A stretch of DNA of 32,000 bases, taken from Gemmata obscuriglobus. GTDB lineage: Bacteria > Planctomycetota > Planctomycetia > Gemmatales > Gemmataceae. The position numbers were made by a program, and so were the translations under genes. The DNA lies in the NCBI RefSeq assembly GCF_008065095.1, contig NZ_CP042911.1, positions 4,590,001-4,622,000 on the forward strand, written 5' to 3'. This document shows, piece after piece, positions 24,450-32,000 of this stretch (within the stretch, counting starts at the first letter, position 1; each line of letters begins with the position of its first letter). The notes beneath the pieces were generated by a model, which was not told the DNA's origin, searched no databases, and saw only the letters and a program-made list of their open reading frames with translations.

Positions 24450-25505
24450 ATGAAAGCTCTGCTCTCGAATCTGCTGCTCGTTGTGCTGAGTGTCGTCATC
24501 TGCTGCGTCCTGTACCCGCTCGGGCTGTGGGCGTTCGGTCAGGCGGTGTTTCCTACGAAAGCGAACGGCAGCCTGCTGACTGCGCCCGGCCCTGACGGCT
24601 CGCCCCGCGTCGTGGGGTCGAGCCAGATCGCCCAGCCGTTCACCGGCGACGAGTACTTCTGGCCGCGCCCGTCGGCGGCGGGGTACAACGGGGCCGCCGC
24701 GAGCGGCTCGAACTGGGGCGCCAACAACCCGAAGCTGCGCGACCGCGTCGCGCAGCAGCTTGGGTCGATCGTGCGGTACAAGAAAGGATCACCGTCGGCG
24801 GTCCGCACGCCCCAGCAGGACATGGAGGCGTGGTATTCGGTCAAGCCAGACCGAGCCGCCGACTGGGCCGGGGTATACTCCGTGGCCGCATCAAACTGGG
24901 CCAAAACCGACCTTGCAAAGGACAAATACGGGCTACAAGGTGAGTACATCCTCGCCTGGGCGCAAAGCCACCCGGAGGTGGTCGAGGATTGGAAGAAGGC
25001 GAACCCCACGAGGTCCGACGAGCCGAAGCCGGAAGACCTCGTGGCCGGGTTCTTCGCCAGCTTCGCCAAGACGCACCCCGGCAAATGGCCCGCAGCGGTC
25101 AAATCGAGGAATACCAACGGAACAGCTACCAAACGCATCGTACCGGCGGGGCCGGATGCGGCGGTCCACGCGAACTTCTTCGACATGTGGCTGCAAGACC
25201 CGGCGAACCGCGATAAGGTGGAGCACCTTGAACCGTTCCCGGCCGACATGGTAACCGCGTCCGGTGCGGGGCTGGACCCGCACATCACGCTTCGGAACGC
25301 GCTTTCGGTGTACCAACTCGATCGCGTTGCCGCGAAGCGGACGCCAGCCAGCGGCGATGCCGGACGAGTGCGTGCAGAGATCGCAGTGCTGGCCCGAGAG
25401 CACTCGTTCGTGCCGCTCTCCGGGCTGGTGGGCGAGCCGCTCGTAAACGTGTTGGAACTGAACCTCGAGTTAGACGCAAAGTTCCCGCTGACGGCCGCGA
25501 AGTGA
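24450..25505 (+). CDS. kdpC: potassium-transporting ATPase subunit C with a large internal insertion
   Basis: From ATG 24450: 'MKALLSNLLLVVLSVVICCVLYPLGLWAFGQAVFPTKANGSL', 'GSSQIAQPFTGDEYFWPRPSA', 'SGSNWGANNPKL', then 'MVTASGAGLDPHIT' and 'GEPLVNVLELNLELD'. All are KdpC hallmarks. The track start at 24408 adds 14 non-hydrophobic residues before the TM helix. Confidence 0.85.
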   Translation: MKALLSNLLLVVLSVVICCVLYPLGLWAFGQAVFPTKANGSLLTAPGPDGSPRVVGSSQIAQPFTGDEYFWPRPSAAGYNGAAASGSNWGANNPKLRDRVAQQLGSIVRYKKGSPSAVRTPQQDMEAWYSVKPDRAADWAGVYSVAASNWAKTDLAKDKYGLQGEYILAWAQSHPEVVEDWKKANPTRSDEPKPEDLVAGFFASFAKTHPGKWPAAVKSRNTNGTATKRIVPAGPDAAVHANFFDMWLQDPANRDKVEHLEPFPADMVTASGAGLDPHITLRNALSVYQLDRVAAKRTPASGDAGRVRAEIAVLAREHSFVPLSGLVGEPLVNVLELNLELDAKFPLTAAK

Positions 25506-25671
25506 TTTGAACGTCTGCCCCGTACCCCTCCGCGGCCGGACATTTACTTGTACCGCCTTCCGGCCGACGCCTCGCGCTGGTATGCTTCTTACTCGAGTGG
25601 GTAACTCGCTCACCCGATCGTCTCTCCCTTTCGCTCCAGGCCCGGGAGTCGCCCCTCCCGGTTAGCTCGCC

Positions 25672-28600
25672 ATGTGGACCCGCGCTACCCTATCTGCTTC
25701 GGGTCGTGCGCTCTCCGGACGGCCCCCGAGGCCAGCCCGCATCGCGTGGGCGTACCTGTTGTTCGGCCTTGCCTGGATCTGGCTGACCGACCGGGCCGTC
25801 TGGGCCGGCACGCGAAGCGACCAGGCGTTCTGGCTGTCGTCCGGGAAGGGCACGGCTTTCGTACTCCTGTCGGCGCTGCTCGTGTTTTATCTGGCGCGTC
25901 GCGAGCTCGAGACGTTCGCCGGCGCTGGCGCGCTGCTGCGGGCCGTCGCCGACGGCACCACCGATGCCGTGTTCGTCAAGGACCGCGACGGGCGGTACCT
26001 ACTCCTCAACGAGTCCGCGGCACGGTTCGCCGGTCGGCCGGTGGCCGAGCTGCTGGGTCGCGACGACACCGCTCTGTTCGACCCGGCCAGCGCCCGCATG
26101 GTTCGGGACCACGACCGGAGGGTGATGGCCGCAAACCGGGCCGAAACGACAGAAGAGGAGCTGACCACGGCCGGGGTCACCCGCACGTTCCTCGCGACCA
26201 AAGCCCCGTACCGCAACGAACACGGCGAGGTCATCGGGCTCGTGGGGATTTCGCGAGACATCACCGACCGCAAGGACGCCGAACGAGAGCTGCGGGCCGA
26301 ACGGGACCGGTTCCAGAAGTTCGTCGAGGCCGTTCCCCTGGTGCTGTGCTCCTTCCGGTTGAGCCCGGACGGAACGACGTCTTTTGTGTACTCCAGCCCG
26401 CGGATCGAGGACATCTACGGCATCGGCCCAGCCGCCCTTGCCCGAGACGCCGCACCGATCTTCGGCCTCATCCACCCTGACGACCGGGACCGCGTGCGAT
26501 CCGGTATCGAGGAGTCCGCGCGCGGTCTGTTCCAGTGGCGGGCAGAGTTCCGCGTCCGACCGCCCGGCCGCGACGAACTCTGGATCGACGGCCGTTCTGC
26601 GCCCGAGCGCGAGGCGGACGGCTCGACGGTCTGGCACGGGTACATCGCCGACATCACCCCACGAAAGCGGACCGAACACGCACTCCAAACGACCCGCGAC
26701 CAGCTCCGGGAGGCGCTCCGGGTCGCCCGGCTCGGCAGTTGGACCTGGGATGAGGTCGCCGGGCGCGTCGAGTGGTCCGACGAAGCCGCCGCGGTACTCG
26801 ACTTGCCGGCGCCCACCATCCCAATGCCACTGGATTCGCTCATGGGTCTGATCTACCCGGACGACCGGGGCACGGTCCTGGAGCAGTTCGCAGCTGTCCG
26901 CGCCGGTGCGGACCGGTTCGCCACAGACCTTCGCGTCACCACCGCCGACGGAGTGGCGTGGATCCACTGCCAGGCGCGAGCCGTACGGGAAACGGGCGGG
27001 CGGCTCGCGCGACTGGACGGGCTGGTCCAGGACATCACCGAACGGATGCGTGCAGCAGGGGCTCTCCGCGACCGAGAGAGCCTCCTTTCTATCGTCACCA
27101 GTGCGGCGCGAGTCGGGCTGGTGGTGGTGAACGACCGGTACGAGTACCTGTTCGCGAACGACACCTACGCGGCAGTGCTCGGCATACCCCCGGATCAAAT
27201 CGTCGGCCGGCGGGTGCCGGACCTGCTGTCCGCCAGTTGGCCACAGATCAAACCGCACCTCGATCGGGCGCTGGCCGGCGAGCACGTGAGCTACGACCTC
27301 GAGCGCGAGCCGCTGCCAGGGGGGGCCGGCTGGCGGACGCTGCGGGTCATGTACGAGCCGCGCCCGAAAGACGGGCGGCAAACAGCCGTCGTGGTCGTGA
27401 TCGACCAGACGGAACAAAAGCAGGCCGAGACCGCGATTCGGGAGAGCGAAAAGCGGTTCCGCACGTTGGTGAGCGCCCTGCCGGACGCGGTGTACATCAA
27501 CGCCGGCGGGCACGTGGCATTCTGTAACCCGGCTTGTGTTCGTCTGTTCGGCGCGTCCGCCCCCGAAGCGCTGATCGGCAAAACCCCGTTCGATTTGATG
27601 CACCCGGACGACCACGAGACCATCCGCCAGCGAATCGCAGCCATCTCCGCGAGCGGCGCTTCGAACCCCGGGATTGAGGAGCGGATCGTTCGCTTCGACG
27701 GCACCCCTGTTCCGGTGATGGTGACGGCGATCGCGATCACCGACCGCGGGGAGCGTGCGTTTCTGGTAGTCCTTCGTGATCTGAGCGAGCAGAAACGGGC
27801 CGAGCAGCAGCTCCACTATCAGGAGTTGCTGCTCCGGGAGGCGGCCGAACTCGCTCACGTCGGCGGCTGGTGGTTCGACCCGGTGACGCTTGAGGGCGAC
27901 TGGACCCCGGTTGTGGCCAACATCCACGACCTGCCCCCGGATGCGCCTCCGCCCAAACCGGACCGGGGCATCGAGTTCTATGTCGAAGAGGACCGACCGC
28001 GGATTGCGCAGGCGGTGCGCGCCGCGACCGAATCCGGCACGCCTTATGACCTTGAGCTGCAACTGGTTTCGGCACGCGGGGCGTTCAAGTGGGTCCGCAC
28101 CATCGCACGGCCGATCGTTGAGGAGGGACGAGTAATCCGGGTCCGCGGATCGCTCCAGGATATCACCGACCGTAAGCGGGCCGAGGCCGAGATCCGCCAC
28201 CTGAACGCGGATTTGGAGCAGCGCGTGCGCGACCGAACGATCGAACTGGAGGCAGCGAACGCCGAGCTGGAGGCGTTCTCCTACTCCGTCTCACACGACC
28301 TGCGGGCGCCGCTGCGCGCCATCGACGGGTTTTCTCAAATTGTGCTCAACGAGTACGGACCACAGCTCCCGGCCGACGCCCGCGAGTACCTGACCGACGT
28401 GTGCGCGAACACGCTGCGCATGGGACGACTGGTGGATGACCTCCTGACGTTCTCGCGGCTCGGCCGCCAGCCCGTCCGGCGCCAGCCGGTGAACACGAGC
28501 GAATTGGTCGCGGGCTGCCTCGACGAACTGTTGCGGCAGACCGGCGCCCGCCGCATCGAGATCCGGTCGAACGAACTGCCCCCCTGCGATGCGGACCCGG

Positions 28601-28989
28601 CCCTGCTCCGGCAGGTGTGGCTCAACCTGCTGGCGAACGCGCTCAAGTACAGCAGCCTCAGCAGCCTGGCGCTCATCGAAGTGGGCGCAACCGCGTCCCC
28701 GGACGGACCCGTCTACTTCGTCCGGGACAACGGCGTCGGGTTCGACATGCGGTACGCGCACAAGCTGTTCGGTGTGTTCCAGCGGCTGCACCGGGCCGAG
28801 GACTACGAGGGTACCGGCATCGGGCTGGCGCTGGTCCAACGCATCGTCCACCGCCACGGCGGTCGCGTGTGGGCCGACTCGGAACCGGGCAAAGGGGCGA
28901 CGTTCTCGTTCACCCTCGGACGGCCGCTCCCCGACCCGGGGCGGTGTTCCGCGGCCACGGCCTTGGTTTCCGGAGAGAGCGCACCATGA
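25672..28989 (+). CDS. multi-PAS (about six PAS/PAC units) membrane sensor histidine kinase
   Basis: Two N-terminal hydrophobic helices ('IAWAYLLFGLAWIWL', 'AFVLLSALLVFYLA'). Six recurring PAC-end linkers: 'SRDITDRKDAE', 'IADITPRKRTE', 'VQDITERMRAA', 'VIDQTEQKQAE', 'LRDLSEQKRAE', 'LQDITDRKRAE'. H-box: 'FSYSVSHDLRAPLRAIDGF'. HATPase: 'LLANALKYS', 'VRDNGVGFD', 'GTGIGLALVQRIV'. Confidence 0.9.
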   Translation: MWTRATLSASGRALSGRPPRPARIAWAYLLFGLAWIWLTDRAVWAGTRSDQAFWLSSGKGTAFVLLSALLVFYLARRELETFAGAGALLRAVADGTTDAVFVKDRDGRYLLLNESAARFAGRPVAELLGRDDTALFDPASARMVRDHDRRVMAANRAETTEEELTTAGVTRTFLATKAPYRNEHGEVIGLVGISRDITDRKDAERELRAERDRFQKFVEAVPLVLCSFRLSPDGTTSFVYSSPRIEDIYGIGPAALARDAAPIFGLIHPDDRDRVRSGIEESARGLFQWRAEFRVRPPGRDELWIDGRSAPEREADGSTVWHGYIADITPRKRTEHALQTTRDQLREALRVARLGSWTWDEVAGRVEWSDEAAAVLDLPAPTIPMPLDSLMGLIYPDDRGTVLEQFAAVRAGADRFATDLRVTTADGVAWIHCQARAVRETGGRLARLDGLVQDITERMRAAGALRDRESLLSIVTSAARVGLVVVNDRYEYLFANDTYAAVLGIPPDQIVGRRVPDLLSASWPQIKPHLDRALAGEHVSYDLEREPLPGGAGWRTLRVMYEPRPKDGRQTAVVVVIDQTEQKQAETAIRESEKRFRTLVSALPDAVYINAGGHVAFCNPACVRLFGASAPEALIGKTPFDLMHPDDHETIRQRIAAISASGASNPGIEERIVRFDGTPVPVMVTAIAITDRGERAFLVVLRDLSEQKRAEQQLHYQELLLREAAELAHVGGWWFDPVTLEGDWTPVVANIHDLPPDAPPPKPDRGIEFYVEEDRPRIAQAVRAATESGTPYDLELQLVSARGAFKWVRTIARPIVEEGRVIRVRGSLQDITDRKRAEAEIRHLNADLEQRVRDRTIELEAANAELEAFSYSVSHDLRAPLRAIDGFSQIVLNEYGPQLPADAREYLTDVCANTLRMGRLVDDLLTFSRLGRQPVRRQPVNTSELVAGCLDELLRQTGARRIEIRSNELPPCDADPALLRQVWLNLLANALKYSSLSSLALIEVGATASPDGPVYFVRDNGVGFDMRYAHKLFGVFQRLHRAEDYEGTGIGLALVQRIVHRHGGRVWADSEPGKGATFSFTLGRPLPDPGRCSAATALVSGESAP

Positions 28990-29429
28990 GTACGCACCGG
29001 CCCCTTGATGTGCTGCTGGTCGAGGACGACCCTAGCGACCTGAAACTCACGCTCCACGCGTTCCGCAAGTACCACCTCGCCAACACCCTCCACGTCGCAC
29101 GCGACGGGGCTGAGGCGCTGGAGTTCGTGTTCGGGACGGGTAGGTACGCCGACCGGACCGGGGGTCACCCGCACCTGATTTTGCTCGACCTCAAGCTGCC
29201 GCTCGTGGACGGCATCGAGGTGCTCCGCCGGCTCAAGGAGAGCCCGGTCAGCCGTTCCATCCCGATCGTCGTCCTGACCTCGTCCCGAGAGGACAGGGAC
29301 CTGACCGCGTGCTATGAGTTGGGTGTGAACAGTTACATCGTCAAGCCGGTGGACTTCGACCAGTTCGGAGAGGTGGTGCGCCAGCTCGGCTTCTACTGGC
29401 TCCTCATCAACCAGCCCCCGCCCGAGTAG
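28986..29429 (+). CDS. single-domain response regulator (CheY/Rcp1-like receiver)
   Basis: 'LDVLLVEDDPSDLKLTLHAF…PHLILLDLKLPLVDGIEVL…PIVVLTSS…NSYIVKPVDF'. ATG 28986 overlaps the kinase stop (ATGA, 28986-28989). It lies within the frame of track ORF 28617..29429. Confidence 0.9.
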   Translation: MSTHRPLDVLLVEDDPSDLKLTLHAFRKYHLANTLHVARDGAEALEFVFGTGRYADRTGGHPHLILLDLKLPLVDGIEVLRRLKESPVSRSIPIVVLTSSREDRDLTACYELGVNSYIVKPVDFDQFGEVVRQLGFYWLLINQPPPE

Positions 29430-29433
29430 CCCT

Positions 29434-32000
29434 ATGGCCGAAGGACCGCTCCGCGTGCTGCTCGTCGAGGACAACCCGTCCGACGGGCGCCTCGTTCAAC
29501 ACGAGCTGCGGCGCGCCGGGTACGCGCCCGCGGTGACCCGCGTCGACAGCGAACCGGCATTCGCCGCGGCGCTGGCCGCGGCGCCGGACGTGATTCTGTG
29601 CGACTGGAACCTGCCCCAGTTCGACGCCCTCCGCGCGCTGGAGGTCGCGCGCGAGCGGGTGCCGGAGGTTCCGTTCATCATCGTGTCGGGATCGATCGGC
29701 GAGGAACACGCGGTGCGGGCCATCAAGCTCGGCGCGTCGGACTACCTGCTGAAAGACCGGCTGGGCCGGCTCGGGCCGGCGGTGAAACAGGCCCTCGTGC
29801 AGCGCGACCTGCGTGACGCCGAGCGGCGCGCCCGGGACGAACTCCGCGCGAGCGAGGAGCGGTACCGGGTGCTGGCGGACAGCGTCCCCCAGATCGTGTG
29901 GACCGCGCGGCCCGACGGGTCCATCGACTACACGAACCGGCGGGCCACCGAGTACGCCGGCACGAACGGCCGGCTCACCGACTGGAGCTGGGAGCGCCTG
30001 GTCCACCCGGACGACCTGCCACATACGATGGCCACGTGGGGCGCGGTGCTCCGCACGGGCGAGCCGCACGAGTTCGAGTTCCGGCTGCGCCGCTCGGACG
30101 GAGCGTTCCGGTGGCACCTTGCCCGGCAGGTCGCGCTGCGCAGCCCCGACGGAGCGGTCGAGCGCTGGTTCGGCACCTGCACCGACATTCACGACCAAAA
30201 GACGACGGCGGAACTGCTGGCCCAGGACGCCCAGGTGCTCGCGCACGTCCGGGACTCGGTCGTCGTAACGGACCCCGACGGGGTCGTGACCTACTGGAAC
30301 GCCGGGGCGACGCGGCTGTTCGGGTGGACGGCCCAGGAGATGATCGGCCGCCGCTACTCGGACCGGTTCCCAGCCGAGTTCCGCCCGGAGCTGAGCCGGG
30401 AGGTTCGGGCGCGGGCGGACGGGACCGAGTGGCACGGCGAGTACGAGGACCTCCGCAAAGACGGAACACGGGTGTGGGTCCACGCGCGGGTGGGGCCGAT
30501 CCGGGACGCCGCCGGGCGGGTGTGCGGGGTCCTCGGGCTGGCGTCCGACCTGACCGACCGCAAGCGGGCCGAGGAGTCGCTCGCCGCGGTGATGCGGAGC
30601 GTGGCCGACGCGATCGTTACCATCGACGAGCGCGGCACGATCGTCTCCGTGAACCCGGCCACCGAGCGCCTGTTCAACTACACCGCTGACGAACTGGTCG
30701 GCCGGAACGTGCGGGTTCTGGTGTCCGAACCGCCTCGCGGGCGTCACGACAGCTATTTGGAGGATCATTTCGGCACCGGCGTGTCCAGTCTCATCGGCGT
30801 GGGGCGCGAGGTGGAAGGGCGGCGCAAGGACGGCACCACCTTCCCGGCCGACCTGTCGGTGACCGAGTTCCGGATCGAGGACGCCCGCCACTTCACAGGC
30901 GTGGTGCGCGACGTGACCGAGCGCAAGCGGTTGGAGGCCCAGTTCCGTCAGGCGCAAAAGATGGAGGCAGTGGGGCGCCTGGCGGGCGGGGTGGCGCACG
31001 ACTTCAACAACCTCCTCACCGTCATCAACGGGTACACCGACCTGCTCCTCGGCGGTCCGCTCGCCGAGAACGACCGGGCCGCGCTGGCGGCGGTCCGCGA
31101 CGCCGGCGAGCGCGCCGCCGGGCTCACGTCCCAGCTCCTGGCGTTCAGCCGCAAGGCGATCGTCGCGCCCCAGGTGCTCGACCTGAAAGAGGTGGTGGCG
31201 CAGGCCGAGCGGTTGCTCCGCCGGCTGATCGGCGAGGACGTGGCGCTCACCGTAACGTCCCACGCGGGGCCGTGCTGGATCGAGGCGGACCTGAACCAGC
31301 TCGACCAGGTGATCATGAACCTCGCGGTCAACGCCCGCGACGCGATGCCCACCGGCGGGCGGCTCACGTTCGAGACGCGCCGGATCCCGGTCGCGCCGGG
31401 CAGCTCGACCGACTCGGGGGAGCTGCGCGCCGGGTGGTACGTGAGCCTGGCCGTGCGCGACACGGGGTGCGGGATGTCCAACGAGGTGAAGGCCCGGCTC
31501 TTCGAACCGTTCTTCACCACCAAGGGGCCTGGTAAAGGCACCGGCCTGGGGCTCGCCGTGGTTCACGGCATCGTCAAACAGGCCGGGGGGCACATCTGGG
31601 CCGAAAGCGCGCCCGGAGCCGGCACCACGTTCCACATCCTGTTCCCCGAGGCCCCGGCGCCGACCGGGCCGGGCGAATCGGCGATCGGCGAGGCCCTCCG
31701 GCCCGGGACCGAGACGGTCCTGCTCGTCGAGGACGAGGACGCGGTTCGCTCGCTCTGCAGTCTCGTGCTCGAGGCCCAAGGGTACACCGTACTCCCCGCC
31801 GCGGACGGCCGGGCCGCGCTGGCTGCAATCGCGGGGCGGCGGGACCGCATCCACCTTCTGGTCACCGACGTCGTGATGCCCGAGATGAGCGGCCGGGCAC
31901 TGGCGGACGCGGTGCGGACGTTACAGCCGGACGCCCGGGTGCTGTTCATCAGCGGGTACACCGACGACGCGGTCGTGCGGCACGGGGTGCGGGGCGAGGC
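29434..32000 (+). CDS. hybrid sensor histidine kinase / response regulator (REC - 3x PAS - HisKA - HATPase_c - REC), 3' end outside the window
   Basis: This gene is not in the ORF track. I translated frame 1 from ATG 29434 to nt 32000 and found no stop. The translation reads 'MAEGPLRVLLVEDNPSDGRL…VILCDWNLP…FIIVSGS…ASDYLLKD' (REC); PAS units ending 'CTDIHDQK', 'ASDLTDRKRAE', 'VRDVTERKRLE'; H-box 'MEAVGRLAGGVAHDFNNLLTVINGY'; 'MNLAVNARDAM', 'VRDTGCGM', 'GTGLGLAVVHGIV'; then 'VLLVEDEDAVR…LLVTDVVMPEMSG…VLFISGY' (REC). It starts 4 nt after the preceding stop. Confidence 0.85.
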   Translation, partial: MAEGPLRVLLVEDNPSDGRLVQHELRRAGYAPAVTRVDSEPAFAAALAAAPDVILCDWNLPQFDALRALEVARERVPEVPFIIVSGSIGEEHAVRAIKLGASDYLLKDRLGRLGPAVKQALVQRDLRDAERRARDELRASEERYRVLADSVPQIVWTARPDGSIDYTNRRATEYAGTNGRLTDWSWERLVHPDDLPHTMATWGAVLRTGEPHEFEFRLRRSDGAFRWHLARQVALRSPDGAVERWFGTCTDIHDQKTTAELLAQDAQVLAHVRDSVVVTDPDGVVTYWNAGATRLFGWTAQEMIGRRYSDRFPAEFRPELSREVRARADGTEWHGEYEDLRKDGTRVWVHARVGPIRDAAGRVCGVLGLASDLTDRKRAEESLAAVMRSVADAIVTIDERGTIVSVNPATERLFNYTADELVGRNVRVLVSEPPRGRHDSYLEDHFGTGVSSLIGVGREVEGRRKDGTTFPADLSVTEFRIEDARHFTGVVRDVTERKRLEAQFRQAQKMEAVGRLAGGVAHDFNNLLTVINGYTDLLLGGPLAENDRAALAAVRDAGERAAGLTSQLLAFSRKAIVAPQVLDLKEVVAQAERLLRRLIGEDVALTVTSHAGPCWIEADLNQLDQVIMNLAVNARDAMPTGGRLTFETRRIPVAPGSSTDSGELRAGWYVSLAVRDTGCGMSNEVKARLFEPFFTTKGPGKGTGLGLAVVHGIVKQAGGHIWAESAPGAGTTFHILFPEAPAPTGPGESAIGEALRPGTETVLLVEDEDAVRSLCSLVLEAQGYTVLPAADGRAALAAIAGRRDRIHLLVTDVVMPEMSGRALADAVRTLQPDARVLFISGYTDDAVVRHGVRGE

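Noticed and set aside
25999-28200. 733-aa minus-strand ORF antisense to the multi-PAS kinase. The same applies to 19991..21733 (-), 20740..22206 (+), 23022..23969 (-) and 23648..24595 (+) over kdpA/B/C.
   Set aside because: These are low-complexity R/P/G/A-rich translations. The alternative frames carry unambiguous KdpA/KdpB/KdpC and histidine-kinase motifs, so these are shadow ORFs.
29407-31854. 815-aa minus-strand ORF, the longest ORF listed for this region
   Set aside because: Its translation is Arg/Pro/Gly-rich with no recognisable motif. The opposite strand (frame 1 from 29434) encodes a complete REC-PAS-HisKA-HATPase-REC series. It is a typical antisense shadow ORF of a high-GC gene.

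Overview
High-GC chromosomal segment. Coding lines I hand-counted are about 67-73% G+C. Gene content looks Planctomycetota (Gemmataceae-like): a DUF1559 prepilin-like protein with an H-X9-DG motif, an ECF sigma factor paired with a Ser/Thr kinase, an ECF sigma with a long C-terminal extension, and PAS-rich kinases. That taxonomic call is inference from gene content only.

I support about 24 protein-coding genes. No rRNA, tRNA, CRISPR array or mobile element was recognised.

Gene order, left to right:
- a tandem amidohydrolase, probably 5'-truncated by the window
- a membrane-anchored ECF sigma fusion
- a 709-nt low-GC gene-free island
- a SAM methyltransferase
- a secreted beta-propeller-like hypothetical protein
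- a secreted CotH-family protein
- three minus-strand genes with an export or prepilin signal (FGase-like, DUF1559, BPL_N-like)
- an ECF sigma plus Ser/Thr kinase (DUF1080 sensor) pair
- a minus-strand regulatory operon (sigma-54 activator, HAMP-PAS histidine kinase, stand-alone KdpD-N/Usp protein), divergent from micro-ORF / kdpF / micro-ORF / kdpA / kdpB / kdpC
- a PAS phosphorelay operon (6xPAS kinase, single-domain REC, hybrid kinase)

The last gene, 29434 to beyond 32000 on the plus strand, is absent from the supplied ORF track because it has no stop in the window.

The most interesting system is the kdp locus. It appears to be controlled by a split KdpD sensor plus an NtrC-type, sigma-54-dependent activator. 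A good -24/-12 promoter match lies upstream of three tandem micro-ORFs.

Many long Arg/Pro/Gly-rich ORFs in the track are antisense or off-frame shadows of real genes and were rejected.
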